From assembly GCA_029263335.1 (NCBI GenBank), contig JAJCXS010000113.1:17071-81070 (forward strand): a stretch of 64,000 nt of DNA, in the 5' to 3' direction. Below the pieces are notes generated by a model. That model ran no database searches and had not been told where the DNA came from. It saw nothing but the letters and a program-made list of their open reading frames with translations. A program made the position numbers and the translations under genes. Shown in pieces: positions 29,250 through 38,733 of this stretch (position 1 is its first letter; the number at the start of each line of letters is the position of its first letter). The stretch comes from Acidobacteriota bacterium. GTDB taxonomy: Bacteria; Acidobacteriota; UBA890; WLXD01.

Positions 29250-29900
29250 TTAGCGGCGCTTATCCGGGTCGCCTGTCTCGGCGCGAAAATCAGCCAGGAG
29301 CCGTTCCGCTTCAGATTGCCGACGCCGCCGGCTGCAACGTTCGGCCCGGACGATAGCGGCAAGTTCTGCCGCCGCAATATCGAAGTCGTCGTTGACGACC
29401 ACGTAATCGTACTTCACATAGTCGGCGATTTCGTGCGCGGCCACACTTAACCGCAATGCACGGCCCTCACCCCCCCCCAACCCATCGCGGCCCTCGAGCC
29501 GTTCGATCAGGGCTCGGCGAGACGGCGGCAGGACAAAGATGGTCACCGACTCCGGCACGGCCCGCCGCACGGACTCCGCGCCCTGGACGTCAATCACCAT
29601 GACCACGTCATCGCCATTGGCCCGAATCCTGTCGATCTCGGCCCGTGGCGTTCCGTAACGGTGCCCGTGAACCTCGGCCCATTCGAGGAACCGGTTCTGT
29701 GCCAGCAGCTGGTCGAACTCGTCCCCGCTGAGAAAGAAATAGTCGGCGCCATCGGCCTCGTGGTTGCGAGGCGGGCGCGTCGTGCACGAAATCGTGCGCT
29801 GCACTCCTGCCATGTTGCCCAGCAGGTGATCCGCGAGGCTTGTCTTGCCGGCGCCCGACGGGGCCGAGATCACGAAGCACGCGGGGCCGGGCTCACTCAA
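29250..29900 (-). CDS. gmk: Guanylate kinase
   Basis: 216 aa with a P-loop (ISAPSGAGKTS) and GMP-binding motifs. Confidence 0.93.
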   Translation of the reverse strand: MSEPGPACFVISAPSGAGKTSLADHLLGNMAGVQRTISCTTRPPRNHEADGADYFFLSGDEFDQLLAQNRFLEWAEVHGHRYGTPRAEIDRIRANGDDVVMVIDVQGAESVRRAVPESVTIFVLPPSRRALIERLEGRDGLGGGEGRALRLSVAAHEIADYVKYDYVVVNDDFDIAAAELAAIVRAERCSRRRRQSEAERLLADFRAETGDPDKRR

Positions 29901-30771
29901 TATTCTGTACCTGTTCGCGCAAGCGCTCGAGCTCCGTCTTGAGCACCACGATCGCGTCGGCTACTTCAAGGTCCTTGGTCTTGGAACCGATCGTGTTCAG
30001 TTCGCGGTGGATCTCCTGGGTCACGAACTCCAGCGTCCGCCCGACGGCCTCGTCCGAGGCTAGCAGTTCGTCGATCTTCTCCAGGTGCGAGCGCAGCCTC
30101 ACCAGTTCCTCGGTCACGTCCGCACGGTCTGCGTAATAGGCCGCTTCCTGCACGATGCGATCCTCGCCAACCTCGGCTCCGGTTTCGCCGAGCAGATCGG
30201 CGATTCGCTGACGTAGCTGGTCACGCACTCGACCCGGCAAGGATTCCGCAGCGGCGGCAACGTCCTCGATGCGCTCCCGCATGAGCTGTGCGCGACCGCC
30301 CAGATCCTTGGCAAGGTCGGCCCCCTCGTTGGAGCGCATTTCGTCGAACGCGCGCAGCGCCTCATCTACGGCGGAGGCCAACAGCTCACCCGTACTGTCA
30401 TCCACCGGCACCGCCCCGGCACCCGTAAGAACTCCCGGAAGCTGCAGCAGATCGCTCACCGTAGGCGAGGCCTCGAGCCCGTTGTCAGCCACCAGGCCGC
30501 GCAACTCGCGGATCCACTCTCCGGCGGCCGCGCGATCGAGGCGCATGCTCTGCCCACCGGCACCGGCAAGCGACACCGTTACATCCACCTTGCCGCGCTG
30601 CACTCGTCGCTGTACCTGCCGACGCGTGCGATCTTCGAGCGCGGTCAGCTCGCCGGGCAGGCGAACCGAAACCCGGCAGAAACGATGGTTAACGCTGCGC
30701 ACCTCGACGGTGATCCGCAGCGATTCATCTGCCGTCGCGCCCCGCCCGTGTCCGCTCATGGATTTGATCAT
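29893..30771 (-). CDS. yicC: YicC/YloC-family protein (stress-induced endoribonuclease family)
   Basis: 292 aa. N-terminal MIKSMSGHGRG matches YicC MIRSMTAYAR; there is a C-terminal DUF1732-like helical region. It lies upstream of gmk, as in many bacteria. Confidence 0.85.
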   Translation of the reverse strand: MIKSMSGHGRGATADESLRITVEVRSVNHRFCRVSVRLPGELTALEDRTRRQVQRRVQRGKVDVTVSLAGAGGQSMRLDRAAAGEWIRELRGLVADNGLEASPTVSDLLQLPGVLTGAGAVPVDDSTGELLASAVDEALRAFDEMRSNEGADLAKDLGGRAQLMRERIEDVAAAAESLPGRVRDQLRQRIADLLGETGAEVGEDRIVQEAAYYADRADVTEELVRLRSHLEKIDELLASDEAVGRTLEFVTQEIHRELNTIGSKTKDLEVADAIVVLKTELERLREQVQNIE

Positions 30772-30777
30772 GGCGGC

Positions 30778-31452
30778 TCATGTTAGCAGCATCGATTCAG
30801 CCCGTTTCGTAACCTCCTCCACCCTTCCCGCAAGTTCCGCGTCGGCCGCCGGCAGATCCGCACGGGGGGTGTCCCGGGGCACGTACAGGTGCTCGCCGTA
30901 GACAAACACGCCACGCGCGAAGGGCAAGGGAATCACCATACGGTCCCAGCTCCCGAGGCGGCGATAGCGGCTGCACGCAAAGCCCACTGGCAGCAGCGCG
31001 CAGCCAGACGCTCTCGCCAGCCAGGTTGCCCCGGGCTGAACGACTCGCGCCGGACCACGAGGGCCGTCCAGCGTGATCCCCAGATCTCGGCCCGCGCGAG
31101 CGGCAGCGACCATGCCCCGCGCAGCCAGCGCACCGCCACGCGAACTCGAGCCACGCGTCGGCTCGACGCCAAGCCGGGCAAAGAGGGCAGCCGTGAAGTC
31201 GCCGTCGCGTGACCGGGATACCGGCACCACCGTTGGCGGACGAAACTGAACCCACGGCATCATCGCCAGCTTCTCGTGCCAGAAGCAGTACACCACCGGC
31301 GTGCCATCAGCTGGCAGTGCCTCGGCGGCCCCAATGCGCGAGAGGCGCATCGTGCGCCGGACCAGCCGTAGATACGCCGCCCCCAAGGGCGGAACCAGGG
31401 CCGCCACCAGGCGGTCTGAGCCGCGGCGCGTTCGGGCCGGTTGTCCGCTCAT
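30778..31452 (-). CDS. DUF374-family lysophospholipid acyltransferase-like protein
   Basis: 224 aa with VVYCFWHEKL…SRSRDG…ITLDGPRGP motifs resembling DUF374 (the LPLAT superfamily). Members are commonly linked to Kdo/lipid A genes. It lies directly downstream of the msbA-like gene. Confidence 0.6.
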   Translation of the reverse strand: MSGQPARTRRGSDRLVAALVPPLGAAYLRLVRRTMRLSRIGAAEALPADGTPVVYCFWHEKLAMMPWVQFRPPTVVPVSRSRDGDFTAALFARLGVEPTRGSSSRGGALAARGMVAAARAGRDLGITLDGPRGPARVVQPGATWLARASGCALLPVGFACSRYRRLGSWDRMVIPLPFARGVFVYGEHLYVPRDTPRADLPAADAELAGRVEEVTKRAESMLLT

Positions 31453-31458
31453 GGACGA

Positions 31459-33267
31459 CTAATTTTCCAACGCAAAACCAGCGTCGGCGGACGCTGCAAA
31501 GTGCATGGCATAGAGGCGCTGATAGGGTCCCATCCGGGCCAGCAGCTGGTCGTGGGTGCCTTGCTCCACCACCCGCCCGGCATCAATGACAACAATCATG
31601 TCGGCGCTCTGGATCGTCGACAGGCGGTGCGCAATGATCAACGTCGTGCGCCCCTCCATGAGGTTCACCAGCGCTTCCTGAACGAGGCGGTCCGAGCGCA
31701 CGTCCAGATTGCTCGTCGCCTCGTCGAGAATCAGGATCGGCGCGTTCTTGAGCAGGGCTCTTGCGATGGCGATGCGCTGTCGTTGACCGCCGGAGAGCCG
31801 CAGCCCACGCTCGCCGAGCACGGTGTCGTAACCGTCCGGTAGCGCCTCGATGAACTCGTGTGCGAAAGCGGCTCGCGCTGCCCGCGCCACGGCTTCCTCC
31901 GATATCCCGGGCTGGCAGTACGCGATGTTGGCGCGAACCGAGTCATTGAACAGAATGGTCTCCTGGGTCACGACGGAGATCTGACTGCGCAGGTCCACGA
32001 GCCGCACGTCGCGCAGATCCACACCGTCGATCTTCACGGCCCCCTCCGTGGGGGTATGGAATCTCGGGATCAGGTTGGCGATCGTCGATTTACCGCCGCC
32101 CGACTCACCCACGAGCGCGATCGCCGATCCCGACGGGACCGACAGATTGATGTCGTGCAACACCTCTCGGGTCGGACCACCGTCATCGTACGCGAAGCAC
32201 ACGTTCTCGAACGCAATGCCGTGCACCAGCGGCGGCACTTCCTCGCTTCCAGCAGGTTCGATAACGGCGAGCTCGGATCCGTCGGGCCACTCCGCCGATC
32301 CGACGAGTGGCTCCACCGGAGAATCGAGAACCTCGAAAATGCGCTCCGAGGCCGAGGCTGCCGCCTGAATGCGTACATTCGCGTTGCTCAAACGCCGCAG
32401 CGGCGCATAGGTGGCGAAGGCGGCCACCAGAAACGTCATGAACTGGCCCATGGTCAGGGCGCCCTCGGTGATACGCCACGAGCCATACAGCAGAACCGCC
32501 GCGCCGGAAGCGGCACCGATGAACTCCATCAGCGGCGAGCTGATCGCCGCTAGCCGCTCCGCATGCAACGAGTGACGGAACAGGCGCTCCGCGGCACGGC
32601 GGAACTTCTCGGTCTCGGCATGCTCCATGCCGAATGCCTTGACCACCCGGATGCCGGTCAGGGTCTCCTGCAGCAGCGCCGAGAGCTGGCCGAGGCCTCG
32701 CTGTGCCTCGTGGCTCGCCTTACGCAGGCGCTTGCCAAGGCGACCGATGACGGTAACCAGCAGCGGTGCGGCGGCGAGCACGATGAGCGTCAGCACCCAG
32801 TCTTCGGAGAACATCACCGCGAGGCACACCACCAGCGTCAACGACTCGCGCAGCAGGTCCACCATCACACGCGTCAGCGCCTCCTGGATGGCCAGCACGT
32901 CGCTGGTTACCCGCGACATCAGTCCACCGGTCGAGCGCGATGCATGGAATCCGAGCGGCAGGAACTGCAGGTGGCGATACAGATGCACGCGCAGATCGCG
33001 AACGACGGCGAACCCGACGCTGCCCATAAGATACGTCGACAGGTAGCGTGCGATTCCCAGCGACAGGTAGAGCAGCACCAGGGAGCCGGCGAGCGTGCGC
33101 ACATAGCCGGCCTCGGCGCCTTCCACCAGCGTCTTGTCAATGATCGGCTCCACCATGCTGAGGATGCCGAAGTTGGCCGCCGCCATCGCACCCATGGCCG
33201 CAACCGCGCCCGCCATCTGCTGTCGATGGGGTCGCAGGAAACGGAAAAGTCGCTTGAGATTCGTCAT
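31459..33267 (-). CDS. msbA: ABC transporter permease/ATPase, MsbA-like lipid A/lipid exporter
   Basis: 602 aa with a six-helix transmembrane domain, then Walker A (GESGGGKST), an ABC signature (LSGGQRQR) and Walker B (ILILDEATS). It sits between lpxB and the DUF374 gene. Confidence 0.85.
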   Translation of the reverse strand: MTNLKRLFRFLRPHRQQMAGAVAAMGAMAAANFGILSMVEPIIDKTLVEGAEAGYVRTLAGSLVLLYLSLGIARYLSTYLMGSVGFAVVRDLRVHLYRHLQFLPLGFHASRSTGGLMSRVTSDVLAIQEALTRVMVDLLRESLTLVVCLAVMFSEDWVLTLIVLAAAPLLVTVIGRLGKRLRKASHEAQRGLGQLSALLQETLTGIRVVKAFGMEHAETEKFRRAAERLFRHSLHAERLAAISSPLMEFIGAASGAAVLLYGSWRITEGALTMGQFMTFLVAAFATYAPLRRLSNANVRIQAAASASERIFEVLDSPVEPLVGSAEWPDGSELAVIEPAGSEEVPPLVHGIAFENVCFAYDDGGPTREVLHDINLSVPSGSAIALVGESGGGKSTIANLIPRFHTPTEGAVKIDGVDLRDVRLVDLRSQISVVTQETILFNDSVRANIAYCQPGISEEAVARAARAAFAHEFIEALPDGYDTVLGERGLRLSGGQRQRIAIARALLKNAPILILDEATSNLDVRSDRLVQEALVNLMEGRTTLIIAHRLSTIQSADMIVVIDAGRVVEQGTHDQLLARMGPYQRLYAMHFAASADAGFALEN

Positions 33268-34484
33268 CTAGAGGTCTGTCCGGCCAAACGGGCGGCGAGC
33301 ACTTCAAGAACAGCCTCGGCCACCCGGCCCGAGGCGCCGGGCTCGCCCAGCCGGGCACGAACCTCGCGCATGAACTGCTGGCACTCGGCGCGCACGACTC
33401 CGTCCGCTGCGAGCACTTCGAGTTGACGCACTATGTTCGCCGGCGTGACGTCGCCTTGAAGTAGTTCGGGTACTCCCCGACGCCCCCCAACCACGTTGAC
33501 CAACGCGATATCAGAGATGCGCACGAGTAACTTTCCGAGATTGTAAGTGAGCCAAGATGTCCTGTAAACGACGACCTCAGGCACTCCCGCCAGCGCCGTC
33601 TCCAGCGTCGCGGTGCCGGAACACACGGCGGCCACCCTCAGGTGTGCCAGCAGGCCGTGATAGTCGTCATCCACGACATGAATGCGGCGACGAACGTCGG
33701 GCTCGAGCTTCTGCAGCTCGGTGGCAAACAGTGCCGGGTCCACGCCCGGGGCGCGCGGGATCACCGCCTCATAGCGGTGCTTGGCGAGAAACCGATGGGC
33801 GGCACCCAACATCGGCTCCAGCAAGCGCTCGACTTCCCGCGGGCGCGAGCCGGGCAACATCCCCAGCCACGGCAGTGAAGTATCGAGGCCATTACGCTCC
33901 GCGAAATCCTCCCGCGACTCGTCCCGTACCGCCTCATCGAGCAACGGGTGACCAACAAAATCGACCGCCACCCCCGCGTTGGCATACAGGGTCTTTTCGA
34001 ATGGGAGGATCACCAGCATGCGGTCTACCAGCCGTGCCAGCTGGTGAACCCGGCCCGAGCGCCAAGCCCATACCTGCGGACTGATGTAGTAGATGATCGG
34101 CACGTCCGGATGTTGGCGGCGAAGCCTGCGCGCAAGCGCCATGTTGAAGTCGGGATAGTCGACCAACACCACCGCCGCGATGGGCCGTGCGGCGACGGCG
34201 GCCAGTAGGCCGTGCATGGCGCGGCGAATGTCGCCCAGGTGGGCAAGCACCTCCGTGATTCCCACCACCGCGAGACCACGATAGTGATAGAGCAGCTCGG
34301 TCCCGGCCGCCTGCATGAGATCGCCGCCAACGCCCACGGTGTGCAACGTGGGTGCCCGTCTTCCGAGTTCGCGGATCAGCCCCGCGGCATGAGCATCCCC
34401 GGAGGCCTCGCCGGCGACCACGAGTAGCTCGCCCTGTGGCTGTCCGTCCACCTCAGTGAGCACGCCGGCTCGTGGCCAACACAT
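33264..34484 (-). CDS. lpxB: Lipid-A-disaccharide synthase
   Basis: LVVAGEASGDAHAAGLIREL aligns with the E. coli LpxB N-terminus ([21 protein letters not shown]). The body contains SPQVWAWR and LPFEK motifs. The start is approximate; the longest ORF reaches 34550 and would overlap the upstream gene. Confidence 0.88.
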   Translation of the reverse strand: MCWPRAGVLTEVDGQPQGELLVVAGEASGDAHAAGLIRELGRRAPTLHTVGVGGDLMQAAGTELLYHYRGLAVVGITEVLAHLGDIRRAMHGLLAAVAARPIAAVVLVDYPDFNMALARRLRRQHPDVPIIYYISPQVWAWRSGRVHQLARLVDRMLVILPFEKTLYANAGVAVDFVGHPLLDEAVRDESREDFAERNGLDTSLPWLGMLPGSRPREVERLLEPMLGAAHRFLAKHRYEAVIPRAPGVDPALFATELQKLEPDVRRRIHVVDDDYHGLLAHLRVAAVCSGTATLETALAGVPEVVVYRTSWLTYNLGKLLVRISDIALVNVVGGRRGVPELLQGDVTPANIVRQLEVLAADGVVRAECQQFMREVRARLGEPGASGRVAEAVLEVLAARLAGQTSR

Positions 34485-36312
34485 CGCCGAGCCCCATCGC
34501 CTCGAGCGCGTGGAATGCCCGATCCCGCATGCGGTACGGCGGCACAACATGAGTACCGGCGACCATGCCGGGCAGCGCCTGCATTAGATCGCGTGCCATC
34601 GCCAGTCCCTCTCGTGCCGGATCGGCGCTTCTTCTGAGTCGAGCTCGCACGCTCTCGGGCACCCGTATCCCGGGAATCTCGTTGTGCAGATAATCAGCAT
34701 GATCGGCTGACCGTAGCGGAAGCACGCCCACGATGACGGGCACCGCCGAGCCCACTCGCGCGCAGAATCGCTCCAGGGTATCCACATCAAACTGCGGCAA
34801 GGTGATCACCCCGAGGGCACCGGATGCCATCTGCAGGTGCAGGCGCGCCGCCTCGACCTCCAGGTCTGCGGCGTTCGGGTCGCCACCGACCAGCGGCACG
34901 AAGGCAGTTGGACTGCCGATCGTGTTCTCGGCAAGGTCGAGACCGCGATTCATCGCTGCGAGGATGCGCACGAGGCCGTCGGCACCGACATCGCCGAGCG
35001 TTCTGGTGTTCGGATAGTCACCCAGATTCGCCGGATCGCTCAACGAGACGAACAGGTTGCGGACCCCGAGCACGTGCGCCGCCAATAGGTCCGACTGGAT
35101 GCCAAGAATGTTCTTGTCGCGCGTGTGGTAGGGCAACACGCACTCCAAGCCGAGATCCTCCTGCACACGATAGGCGACAACGAGCGGGTGCACGAAGAGA
35201 CGGGCGCGAAGCGCGTCGGAGAGCATGAGCGTGTCCACCCCCAGATCGCGTAGCTGCTTCGCGTAACTCAGCGCTTCGGCGAGATCGTGACCACGCGGCA
35301 ACTCGATGTCCACGGCGCTGACGAACTCTTGCCCGAGCCGCATTGCCAGGCGCGACCGCTCAGGCGCCGGCAGGGGATCCACCCCCATCTCCGACTTCTC
35401 ACTAATCACCACCGACGTGCGGCGCCGCGGGGCCTCGACTGCAGCCAACTCGGCAGCCATGGCAGCCACGTGGGCAGGTGTCGACCCGCAGCAGGCACCA
35501 ACGATAGTGGCCCCGGCCTCGGCGATACGTCGCGCGTAGCGACCCATGTAGGCCGGTTCGGCGTGATAACGAACCTTGCCGTCCACCAGGCGCGGCAAGC
35601 CGGCGGTCGGCATCGCCGAGAGCGGAATCTCCGCGCGCTCGGCCATGCGCTCGATAATGTCCACCATGCGCTGGGGGCCGACCGTGCAGTTGGCTCCGAC
35701 CGCCGTAGCGCCCGCCGCCATCGCCCGCGCGACTACCTCGTGCGGCAGTTCCCCCATCAGGGTCCGACCGTCCTCGGTAAAGGTCTTGTGAACGACCACC
35801 GGTAGATCGCACGCCTCCTTCGCCGCCTGCAGTGCGACCTCGAACTCCTCGAGATCCGAAATCGTCTCGATGACGATCAGGTCCACGCCTCCCTCGGCGA
35901 GGGCTTCGACCTGCTCGCGAAAGACGCTCAGCGCCTCCTCCCGGCCGACCCGGCCCAGAGGGGCCAGCGCCGCGCCGAGCGGGCCCACCGACCCGGCCAC
36001 GTAGCAGCGTCGCTCGCTCGCCTGGCGGGCGAGCCTGGCGGCGGCGATGTTGATGCGGCGCAGGTCCTCGGCCAACCCTTGTCGATCCAGCTGCAGGCGA
36101 TTGGCGCCGTACGAATTCGTCGTCAGAATCTCGGCACCGGCATCGACATACTCGCGGTGCACTGCCTCGATCGCGGCTGCGTCCGTCAGGCACAGCTCCG
36201 CAAAGCAACGATCCATCGGCACGCCCCGCTCGTGCAGGTACGTGCCCATCGCGCCGTCACCGAGAATGCACCCGTGATCGAGGCGTTCGCTGAAGGAAGG
36301 CGTTCTGCGCAT
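34453..36312 (-). CDS. Fusion protein: homocysteine S-methyltransferase domain (N) plus 5,10-methylenetetrahydrofolate reductase domain (C)
   Basis: The N-terminus has an Hcy-binding/pterin-type S-methyltransferase fold (ILGDGAMGTYL…EILTTNSY…) but no B12-binding module. The C-terminus is MTHFR-like (…GVRNLFVSLSDP…). First ATG at 36312; the track ORF begins at an upstream TTG. Confidence 0.8.
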   Translation of the reverse strand: MRRTPSFSERLDHGCILGDGAMGTYLHERGVPMDRCFAELCLTDAAAIEAVHREYVDAGAEILTTNSYGANRLQLDRQGLAEDLRRINIAAARLARQASERRCYVAGSVGPLGAALAPLGRVGREEALSVFREQVEALAEGGVDLIVIETISDLEEFEVALQAAKEACDLPVVVHKTFTEDGRTLMGELPHEVVARAMAAGATAVGANCTVGPQRMVDIIERMAERAEIPLSAMPTAGLPRLVDGKVRYHAEPAYMGRYARRIAEAGATIVGACCGSTPAHVAAMAAELAAVEAPRRRTSVVISEKSEMGVDPLPAPERSRLAMRLGQEFVSAVDIELPRGHDLAEALSYAKQLRDLGVDTLMLSDALRARLFVHPLVVAYRVQEDLGLECVLPYHTRDKNILGIQSDLLAAHVLGVRNLFVSLSDPANLGDYPNTRTLGDVGADGLVRILAAMNRGLDLAENTIGSPTAFVPLVGGDPNAADLEVEAARLHLQMASGALGVITLPQFDVDTLERFCARVGSAVPVIVGVLPLRSADHADYLHNEIPGIRVPESVRARLRRSADPAREGLAMARDLMQALPGMVAGTHVVPPYRMRDRAFHALEAMGLGDVLATSRRAH

Positions 36313-36514
36313 GTTCCGGTTTCGAGGGTCCCGCAAGAGGGGTCCGTATGCATCGCGCGGCTGGCCGTAGGGTACTCGATCGGGACCGTCGTAGCAGGTC
36401 GGTCCAGAGGTTCAGCCGACGCAGGCGCAGAGGGTATTCATGGGCGCCCACCGTGCTACCATCGCGGCAACGCCTCGCCAGCCTCCGGTGCGGCACTCCT
36501 TTTGCGCCTTACGG

Positions 36515-37630
36515 ATGCACGTCTGTATCGACTACCGCCCGGCCCTCCGCGAGGGTACCGGCGTCGGCACCTACGTTCGCGGACTCCTTGCCGGGCTGGC
36601 GCGTTGCCATCCTGAGGCGGAGTACAGCGCCTTCTCCGCGTCGTGGCGAGATCGCCTGAACCTCGATCGGGAGCTGGCCGGGATCCGTCCGCTGGACGTC
36701 AGGGTGCCGGTACGAGCTCTCGATTGGCTCTGGCACCGCCATCACTGGCCGCCCATCGAGCGCTGGGCGGGCCCCGTGGACGTGACGCACTCACCGTCCC
36801 CTCTGCCACTGCCGTCGCGCGGCGCCCGCACCGTCGTGACGGTTCACGACTGCTACTTTCTGCGGCACCCCGGCGACGTCAGCGGTGTCGTGCTTCGCGA
36901 CTACGTACCGCTGATGCGCAATGCCATCCGCCACGCCGACGCCATCGTCGTCGTTTCAGAGACGACTCGCAGTGAGTTGCAGGATCTGATCGACGTGCCA
37001 GCCGACCGGCTCCACGTTACCTACAACGGCGTCTCTGCCATGTTCGAGCCAATGCCTGATGCCGGCAGCGTGGTCCGTGAGGAGCTCGGCATGGACCGAC
37101 CTTTCATGCTCTTCGCGGGGCGGCGGGAGCCTCGTAAGGACATGCCCACCCTGCTCGCCGGTTTTGCCGCTCTGCTCGATCGGTTTGGCGACCTCGATCT
37201 CGTGCTGGTGGGGCCCGATGGCGCAGGATGGGAGGAAACCTGGTCGCGGGTATCGCCGGCTGTGGCCGCGCGGACCCGGCTTCTCGGGCACCAACCCGCG
37301 CGCCGACTCGCAGCCCTCTACAACGCCGCCGAGCTGCTGGTGCTGCCATCTCGGTGGGAGGGCTTCGGACTGACAGCGGTGGAAGCGATGGCCTGCGACA
37401 CTCCCGTCGTGGCCGCGCGTGCCGGAGCGCTGCCCGAGGTCCTCGGCGATGCCGTCGAGTGGTTCGACGTCGGCGATGCATCCGGGCTCGCGGCGGGCTG
37501 CACACGCCTCCTGGAGGATTCCGCGCGGCATAGCGAGTTCGTGGCGCGTGGACGCGAGCGTGCGGCCATGTACTCGTGGGATCGCACGGCCAGACTGACC
37601 TACGACCTCTACGAGAAGTTGGCGTTATGA
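36515..37630 (+). CDS. Glycosyltransferase family 4
   Basis: GT-B fold with a C-terminal EGFGLTAVEAMACDTPVV motif (E-X7-E). Start chosen at MHVCIDYRPAL. Confidence 0.8.
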   Translation: MHVCIDYRPALREGTGVGTYVRGLLAGLARCHPEAEYSAFSASWRDRLNLDRELAGIRPLDVRVPVRALDWLWHRHHWPPIERWAGPVDVTHSPSPLPLPSRGARTVVTVHDCYFLRHPGDVSGVVLRDYVPLMRNAIRHADAIVVVSETTRSELQDLIDVPADRLHVTYNGVSAMFEPMPDAGSVVREELGMDRPFMLFAGRREPRKDMPTLLAGFAALLDRFGDLDLVLVGPDGAGWEETWSRVSPAVAARTRLLGHQPARRLAALYNAAELLVLPSRWEGFGLTAVEAMACDTPVVAARAGALPEVLGDAVEWFDVGDASGLAAGCTRLLEDSARHSEFVARGRERAAMYSWDRTARLTYDLYEKLAL

Positions 37631-38733
37631 GACTCGCCGTAGACGCACGCGAACTGGAAACGCGACCGACCGGCGTCGGCCGCGTCGTCCAGGGGTTGCT
37701 CGAGGCATGGCCGATCGACGAACTGGTGCTCATTTCGCGGCGCCCCATAGGACTCCCGCCTGGACTCGCGTCACGCCCGGCGCTGTGTTCGCACGTCGTG
37801 TATTCCGGCGGCTGGATGCCCGGGGCCCTGTGGGAGCAGCTCGTGCTGCCTCGCGCTGTGGCGGCATGCGGAGCCGACGCGCTGCTCGCCCCCGGGTACG
37901 GCATGCCGCGTTTCGTCGCCGTACCCACGGCAGTCTGCATGCACGACTGCGCGCCCTTCGCGCGGCGGCAGGATTTCAGTTGGCGCGAGGGTCATCGCAG
38001 ACGATGGAACGCGCGCAACGCGGCCCGCAGAGCGGCCTTCCTCTTCATGGGCACTGATTTCGCCGCCGCAGAGGCTCGCCGCTACCTGGGCATCGCGCCT
38101 GAACGTTGCGTCGTATCGCCGTGGGGTTTGACGAGCGGATTCGCTCTACCGGATCAGTCCTCCGTCGAACTCGTTCGCGGCAAGTACGGAGTGAACGAGC
38201 ACACCGTCCTGTTCGTCGGCTCTGGGTTCCAGCGCCGGGGTCTGGCCGCGCTCGCACGGCGAGTCGAGGCCGTAGCCCGCACCGTACCTGGCACCCAGCT
38301 TGCCGTCGCGGGCCGCGGACATGTCGGTGCCGCAGGGCACGAAGCGGGACAGGACACGCAAGACGGCAGCGACCCTGTTCTACGGCTCGGCTACGTTCCC
38401 GACCTCGATCTCCCCGCTCTCTATGCGGCCTGCGGGGTGGTCGCCTACCCCTCGCAGTACGAAGGCTTCGGCCTGCCGGTGCTCGAGGCGCTGGCCTGCG
38501 GCGCCACGGTCGTGGGCTCGCGCTCGGCCGCCGTGGTGGAGGTTTTCGATGAACACGCCACGCTCGTACCGCACGAGGACGACCACGCTTGGATCACCGC
38601 GATCTCCGACGCCCTCGAGGCCGCCCACGAGCGCGATGGCGCCAGCGCCGCCTGGGCTCAGGCCCAGAGGTGGGAGTCAACGGCCAACGCCGTCCGAGCC
38701 CGGTTGCTCGAGAGCCTGGCGGCGACCCCATGA
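37627..38733 (+). CDS. Glycosyltransferase family 4
   Basis: MRLAVDARELETRPTGVGR… then EGFGLPVLEALACGATVV. The start overlaps the upstream stop (ATGA). Confidence 0.8.
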   Translation: MRLAVDARELETRPTGVGRVVQGLLEAWPIDELVLISRRPIGLPPGLASRPALCSHVVYSGGWMPGALWEQLVLPRAVAACGADALLAPGYGMPRFVAVPTAVCMHDCAPFARRQDFSWREGHRRRWNARNAARRAAFLFMGTDFAAAEARRYLGIAPERCVVSPWGLTSGFALPDQSSVELVRGKYGVNEHTVLFVGSGFQRRGLAALARRVEAVARTVPGTQLAVAGRGHVGAAGHEAGQDTQDGSDPVLRLGYVPDLDLPALYAACGVVAYPSQYEGFGLPVLEALACGATVVGSRSAAVVEVFDEHATLVPHEDDHAWITAISDALEAAHERDGASAAWAQAQRWESTANAVRARLLESLAATP

